A stretch of DNA of 64,000 nt, taken from an uncultured archaeon. GTDB lineage: Archaea > Asgardarchaeota > Lokiarchaeia > Sigyniarchaeales > SOKP01. The translations under genes and the position numbers were made by a program. Positions 59,754 through 64,000 of the stretch are shown here, piece after piece. The notes under the pieces are model-generated. The model was given only the letters and a program-made list of their open reading frames with translations. It was not told the DNA's origin and made no database searches. The stretch lies in the NCBI GenBank assembly GCA_964632315.1, contig CAZWEM010000008.1:51141-115140 (forward strand), written 5' to 3'. Position 1 is the first letter of the stretch. Each line of letters starts with the position of its first letter.

Positions 59754-62600
59754 ATGCTCGAATTAAAAGAAATAAATGCACATTCAAAATCAGTCGATGA
59801 AGTAGCTACCATATTAGATACAGACATAAAGACGGGACTTTCTGAAAGAGAGGCTGTTAAAAGATTAGACACGTATGGAAAGAATGAATTGGTCAAGGAA
59901 AAAGGGAAAACTCCTCTGCAGATTTTTATTGCTCAATTCAAAGATTTCTTGGTGTACTTACTGTTTTTCGCGATTGCAGTTTCCATAATTATAGGAATAT
60001 GGGAAGCATCAAGGCCCGGTGCCCCCGCATGGTCTTCTGAATATACGGATGCTATTGTTATTGCAGCAATTTTAGTGATAAATGCTGTATTAGGGTTCTA
60101 CCAAGAATTTCAAGCCGAAAAATCAATGGAGAGTCTTAAGAAACTGGCTCCCCACTTTGCTCGGGTTCGAAGGAATGATAAAGTCCTGCAAATTGGTGTA
60201 GAGGAAGTAATTCCTGGAGACATTATTTTATTTGAGGAAGGAGATAAATTTCCTGCCGATGTGAGGATTTTTAAAATGTTCTCTCTCTATGTTGATGAAG
60301 CTATTTTAACTGGTGAATCAAAGCCAGTTGAAAAAAAACTAGATATTGTTGATAAGAAAGAAATTCTGGCAGACAGAACTAATTTAGGTTACATGAATAC
60401 CATAATTACTCGAGGAAATGGTGAAGGGATTGTTATCGGAACTGGAATGCATACTGAAATTGGAAAAATAGCATCAAGTCTACAAGGAGAACAAGTTGAA
60501 CCCAGTCCCTTTCAAAAAGAAGTGGATCATTTTGGAAAACAGCTAGGTATCATAATTATAGCCATTTGTATTATTATTTTCGTAGTAGAGTTTATTCTTA
60601 TTCTTACTACGGAGGGTTTAATCTTTAATGAAAATGAAGTAGAACAAATTGTTGAAGCGTTTAAAATTTCAATTAGTCTTGCGGTATCGGCTGTACCTGA
60701 AGGCCTTGTGGTTGTCATTACGGTAGTCATGAGTATTGGCATGCGAAAGATGGCAGATAGAAACGCATTAGTTCGTAAACTAACAGCTGTTGAAACCTTA
60801 GGAAGAGTAAATGTAATATGTTCAGATAAAACAGGAACGTTAACTAAAAATGAAATGACGGTCGTTAAGTTATTTTTAGGAGACAAAATTTTAGATGTCG
60901 AAGGTGTAGGATATAATATACAAGGAAATATCATGGATAATGGAGCACAGGTGACTGTAAATGAAGATATGAAGAAGTTCCTTGAAGTGTGCATGTATTG
61001 TAATAATTCTAATGTGAATATCATTAATGATGACAAGGGAGAAGTATCAGTCGTAGGAGATCCTACTGAAATATCGTTGAAAGTGTTAGCTTTAAAAGCA
61101 GGAGTTGACGAGGGATTTGAGAAACTTGATGAGATCCCATTCGATTCTGATCGAAAAATGATGACTGTAGTGGGTAAAATCGATGGAAAAACTTATGCGC
61201 TAATCAAAGGAGCCCCTGACGTTTTAATGGGAAAAGCAGGATATTTTCTATTAAATGGTGAGCAAAAATCCATCGAGAATTTTAAATCAAAAATTTTAGA
61301 ACAAAATAATGATTTTGCTAAAAATGCTCTAAGAGTTTTAGGAGTAGCATATAAGGAATTACCAGAAGGGTATGACTTAGAAGGTGTTGAAAAGGATTTT
61401 ACCTATATCGGTTTAGTCGGTATTATAGATCCCGCCAGAGATGAAGTAAAAGATTCTATAGAAGAAGCTCGCCATGCGGGAATAAGAACCATCATGATAA
61501 CGGGAGATCACAAGGTGACAGCAATGGCAATAGCCCATAAGATTGGATTGACTGAATCCAATGAAGCAATTACTGGCGTTGAACTTGAGGAAATGAGTGA
61601 TGATGAGTTAAGGGAACGGGTAAAAACAGTTGATATTTTTGCAAGAGTGACTTCAGAGCATAAACTAAGAATTCTCCGTAGATTAAAAGAATTAGGCATG
61701 ATTGTTTCAATGACCGGTGATGGTGTCAATGATGCACCAGCAGTAAAAGGAGCTCATGTAGGGGTTGCTATGGGTTTGAAAGGCACGGAAGTCACTCAAG
61801 AAGCGTCTGATATGATCTTAATTGATGATAATTATTCAACAATCGTTAATGCTATTGAGGAAGGCAGGGGAATCTTTGAGACGACAAAAGGATTTTTCAG
61901 ATACATGTTAAGCACTAATTTTGACGAACTTTTCTTGATCGTGTTTGCCTATATCGTCATGAAATTATTCAGCAACATCTTTATTGGATTGCCAATAGAA
62001 CCTATTCAGATTCTATGGCTAAATATCGCTACGGATGGTATTCCAGCAATGGTTTTGGGACTTACACCTACTGATCCTGATGTGATGAAAGCAAAACCAA
62101 GGGAAGGTTTTACCTTAATTAATGAAATTAAAGGCCCCGTATTATTGTTAGGTATCTATACCTCGTTGACAGATATAGCATTATATATATTACTCTGGAC
62201 GGTACTCCTTCCCGCTTGGGCTCAATCGGGGATAGATCCCCGACTTACGATGGACTTCATGACTACGGGAACTGATGCATATTACTATGCCATCTCATTG
62301 GCTCAGACAATCCTATTTACAAATCTAGTTGTTTGTGAATTAATGTTCGTATTTACTTGCACCTCAAACATAAAACCCTTTTATCTCTTCCCCAATAAGC
62401 ACTTATTCTGGGCTGTGGGGTTATCGCTTGGCATACAATTCTTAATACTTTATACTCCTATAGGTATCGCATTCCGCGTTGTTCCTCTATTTCACCCCTA
62501 TTATTGGATTACATTAATCATAGCTGCATTTAGTGTTTCACTAGTAGATGAACTTAGGAAGTATAGGCTACGGTTAAAAATGAGATCTGATCCTAATTAA
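59754..62600 (+). CDS. P-type ATPase, P2A (SERCA-like Ca2+ pump), copy 2
   Basis: Same motifs; colinear tandem paralogue. Confidence 0.95.
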   Translation: MLELKEINAHSKSVDEVATILDTDIKTGLSEREAVKRLDTYGKNELVKEKGKTPLQIFIAQFKDFLVYLLFFAIAVSIIIGIWEASRPGAPAWSSEYTDAIVIAAILVINAVLGFYQEFQAEKSMESLKKLAPHFARVRRNDKVLQIGVEEVIPGDIILFEEGDKFPADVRIFKMFSLYVDEAILTGESKPVEKKLDIVDKKEILADRTNLGYMNTIITRGNGEGIVIGTGMHTEIGKIASSLQGEQVEPSPFQKEVDHFGKQLGIIIIAICIIIFVVEFILILTTEGLIFNENEVEQIVEAFKISISLAVSAVPEGLVVVITVVMSIGMRKMADRNALVRKLTAVETLGRVNVICSDKTGTLTKNEMTVVKLFLGDKILDVEGVGYNIQGNIMDNGAQVTVNEDMKKFLEVCMYCNNSNVNIINDDKGEVSVVGDPTEISLKVLALKAGVDEGFEKLDEIPFDSDRKMMTVVGKIDGKTYALIKGAPDVLMGKAGYFLLNGEQKSIENFKSKILEQNNDFAKNALRVLGVAYKELPEGYDLEGVEKDFTYIGLVGIIDPARDEVKDSIEEARHAGIRTIMITGDHKVTAMAIAHKIGLTESNEAITGVELEEMSDDELRERVKTVDIFARVTSEHKLRILRRLKELGMIVSMTGDGVNDAPAVKGAHVGVAMGLKGTEVTQEASDMILIDDNYSTIVNAIEEGRGIFETTKGFFRYMLSTNFDELFLIVFAYIVMKLFSNIFIGLPIEPIQILWLNIATDGIPAMVLGLTPTDPDVMKAKPREGFTLINEIKGPVLLLGIYTSLTDIALYILLWTVLLPAWAQSGIDPRLTMDFMTTGTDAYYYAISLAQTILFTNLVVCELMFVFTCTSNIKPFYLFPNKHLFWAVGLSLGIQFLILYTPIGIAFRVVPLFHPYYWITLIIAAFSVSLVDELRKYRLRLKMRSDPN

Positions 62601-62696
62601 AGTTTAAATTAAAAAGATCCCTATTTCTTTTTCTTTTTTATTTATCTTGTTATGTCGATTAAATAAGAGTAATAGAATTTTTAAATCATTAGTCAG

Positions 62697-63785
62697 TCAT
62701 TCATTTGGTTCAGAGATTGTTGATTCATCTAAATTTTGAAAAAATAATCCAATCCCTACAATTTTAAAGGTATCTTGAACGTTAATATCCTCCAAAGCGG
62801 AGGTTTCAATGAAAGAACTTCTCAATTGAGCAGCGATTTCTAAACCTTCTCGAATCGAAACTTCTCGTTCTTCTTCCAAGTCAATTTTATTACCTACCAA
62901 GACAAAAGGAATATCTCCTAACTCATTTCTAGCATCTTTAAACCAAAAGTTTATCGCTTCATCATAAGTTTCCCTTCGAGTCACATCATAGACAACAAAT
63001 GCGCAATTAGCACCTTTATAGTAATCATGACGGACACGCTTAAAAAATTCTTGACCTGCCAAATCAAATATGATGAATTTAATAAGTTCTTTTTCATACC
63101 CTTGGACGTGATAAAGTTGTGTCGCGATATTTATTCCTAATGTAGGTCTGTAATCGCTATAATCCCCCTTTTTTAAGAACTGATTAACTAAAGTCGTTTT
63201 TCCTACAGCAGCAGAACCCAATATGATCAATTTAAACATTTTTTCTATCTTATCAATGTGTTTTATCTGATGGGTTGCTTTAACACCTTCGATAAAAGGC
63301 TTTTGTTCATTAATGAGGTGATCTTTAAGTCTTATATCAAAATTTCTCTCAAAATTTAAATTTGGAATTTCTAATGAATTATATCGCTCGTCAAAACTAT
63401 CTTCAAGGATTTGAGCTATCTTTTCAGCGACGAGATAAGCCAAGGGAAATAATTGATTTAAATTAGATTTATAATGACATATTAATAATAAAATAGCTTC
63501 TGCTCCAGTTTCAACATAAACAATACGATGTTCAGAAGTTTCAAAGGAACCAGTACCATAATTACCAATTTTATACTCTTTTGCAATTTTCTCCAGTAAG
63601 TTTTCTACAATTGCTGATAAGGCTCCATATACTCCTTCAAATTGTTCTTGGGATTTATCAATCTCAGATTTAGCATACTTTGAAATTAAAAGCCCTTGAT
63701 TAGAATACAACAAGGCAAGTTCAATATCCTCTTGAGATTCAACAAAATTTCTCAAGAGTTCCCCTAAGGTCTGTTCTTTCTTCAT
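62697..63785 (-). CDS. Roadblock domain fused to Rab-like small GTPase
   Basis: CAT at 63783-63785 and TCA at 62697-62699 show minus strand; N-terminal IELALLYSNQGLLIS (roadblock), GSAAVGKT, PTLG, DLAGQE, NKID, ETSA. Confidence 0.92.
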   Translation of the reverse strand: MKKEQTLGELLRNFVESQEDIELALLYSNQGLLISKYAKSEIDKSQEQFEGVYGALSAIVENLLEKIAKEYKIGNYGTGSFETSEHRIVYVETGAEAILLLICHYKSNLNQLFPLAYLVAEKIAQILEDSFDERYNSLEIPNLNFERNFDIRLKDHLINEQKPFIEGVKATHQIKHIDKIEKMFKLIILGSAAVGKTTLVNQFLKKGDYSDYRPTLGINIATQLYHVQGYEKELIKFIIFDLAGQEFFKRVRHDYYKGANCAFVVYDVTRRETYDEAINFWFKDARNELGDIPFVLVGNKIDLEEEREVSIREGLEIAAQLRSSFIETSALEDINVQDTFKIVGIGLFFQNLDESTISEPNE

Positions 63786-63908
63786 TATTCACGTAAAAAA
63801 TAAAACATTATTAAACGAATTTCTTATCTTCTAATGTTTTCATTAATTTTAAATTTTTATCAAAATTTAATTAAACAATTATCCTAAAGTAAATTCGTGA
63901 AAATACTA

Positions 63909-64000
63909 ATGAATATTCAAGAATATTTGCAGAATAAACTCGATTCTAACCAGACAGTTCTTACTGAATTCGAGTCCAAGGAACTCTTACAAGAAATAGG
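63909..64000 (+). CDS. 5' fragment of an ADP-forming acyl-CoA ligase beta/ATP-grasp subunit (runs off window)
   Basis: MNIQEYLQNKLDSNQTVLTEFESKELLQEI matches the L.E.ESK.LL..(G) N-terminal motif. Confidence 0.6.
   Translation, partial: MNIQEYLQNKLDSNQTVLTEFESKELLQEI

Noticed and set aside
1243-61729. Numerous short antisense or nested ORFs (for example 1765, 5024, 10680-11489, 17790, 22053-23171, 25440, 57510-61729)
   Set aside because: Shadows of well-supported genes on the opposite strand or in another frame
1-64000. Genome-wide TGA recoding
   Set aside because: Many intact genes end in TGA at the expected position (4635, 16500, 21097, 41841, 53163, 62697)
1-64000. CRISPR array, transposase or integrase
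   Set aside because: No regularly spaced repeats or recognisable mobile-element ORFs seen by eye

Overview
AT-rich, gene-dense archaeal chromosome segment, most likely Asgard (Lokiarchaeia-like). This is inferred from the eukaryotic-signature-type proteins: an actin-related protein, two longin-fold proteins, a Rab-like GTPase, a roadblock-GTPase fusion, a JAMM/MPN protease, PCI/winged-helix proteins and a Loki-CTERM-like tail. It holds about 58 CDSs, including housekeeping and metabolic genes (folD, purH, guaB, prenyl synthase, GH20, two radical SAM paralogues, tandem Zn-dehydrogenases, tandem SERCA-like P-type ATPases). I saw no rRNA, tRNA, CRISPR array or intact mobile element. Highlights: (1) a co-oriented locus at 48.3-53.9 kb with a ComD/ComE pair whose thiamine-diphosphate-binding glycines are replaced by acidic residues, a TPR protein, an intact JAMM-TPR protease, a double C2HC zinc-finger protein apparently starting at ATA (truncated in the ORF track) and a convergent PCI-like protein; (2) an actin-related protein with a double zinc-ribbon insertion and substituted catalytic residues; (3) a degenerate DRG GTPase flanked by two longin genes; (4) a HEAT plus tandem winged-helix protein; (5) missed small ORFs, gene remnants and gene-conversion-like tracts. 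The supplied ORF track gives the wrong strand for 62697..63785, which is on the minus strand. All family calls are from motif recognition by eye, not from database searches.
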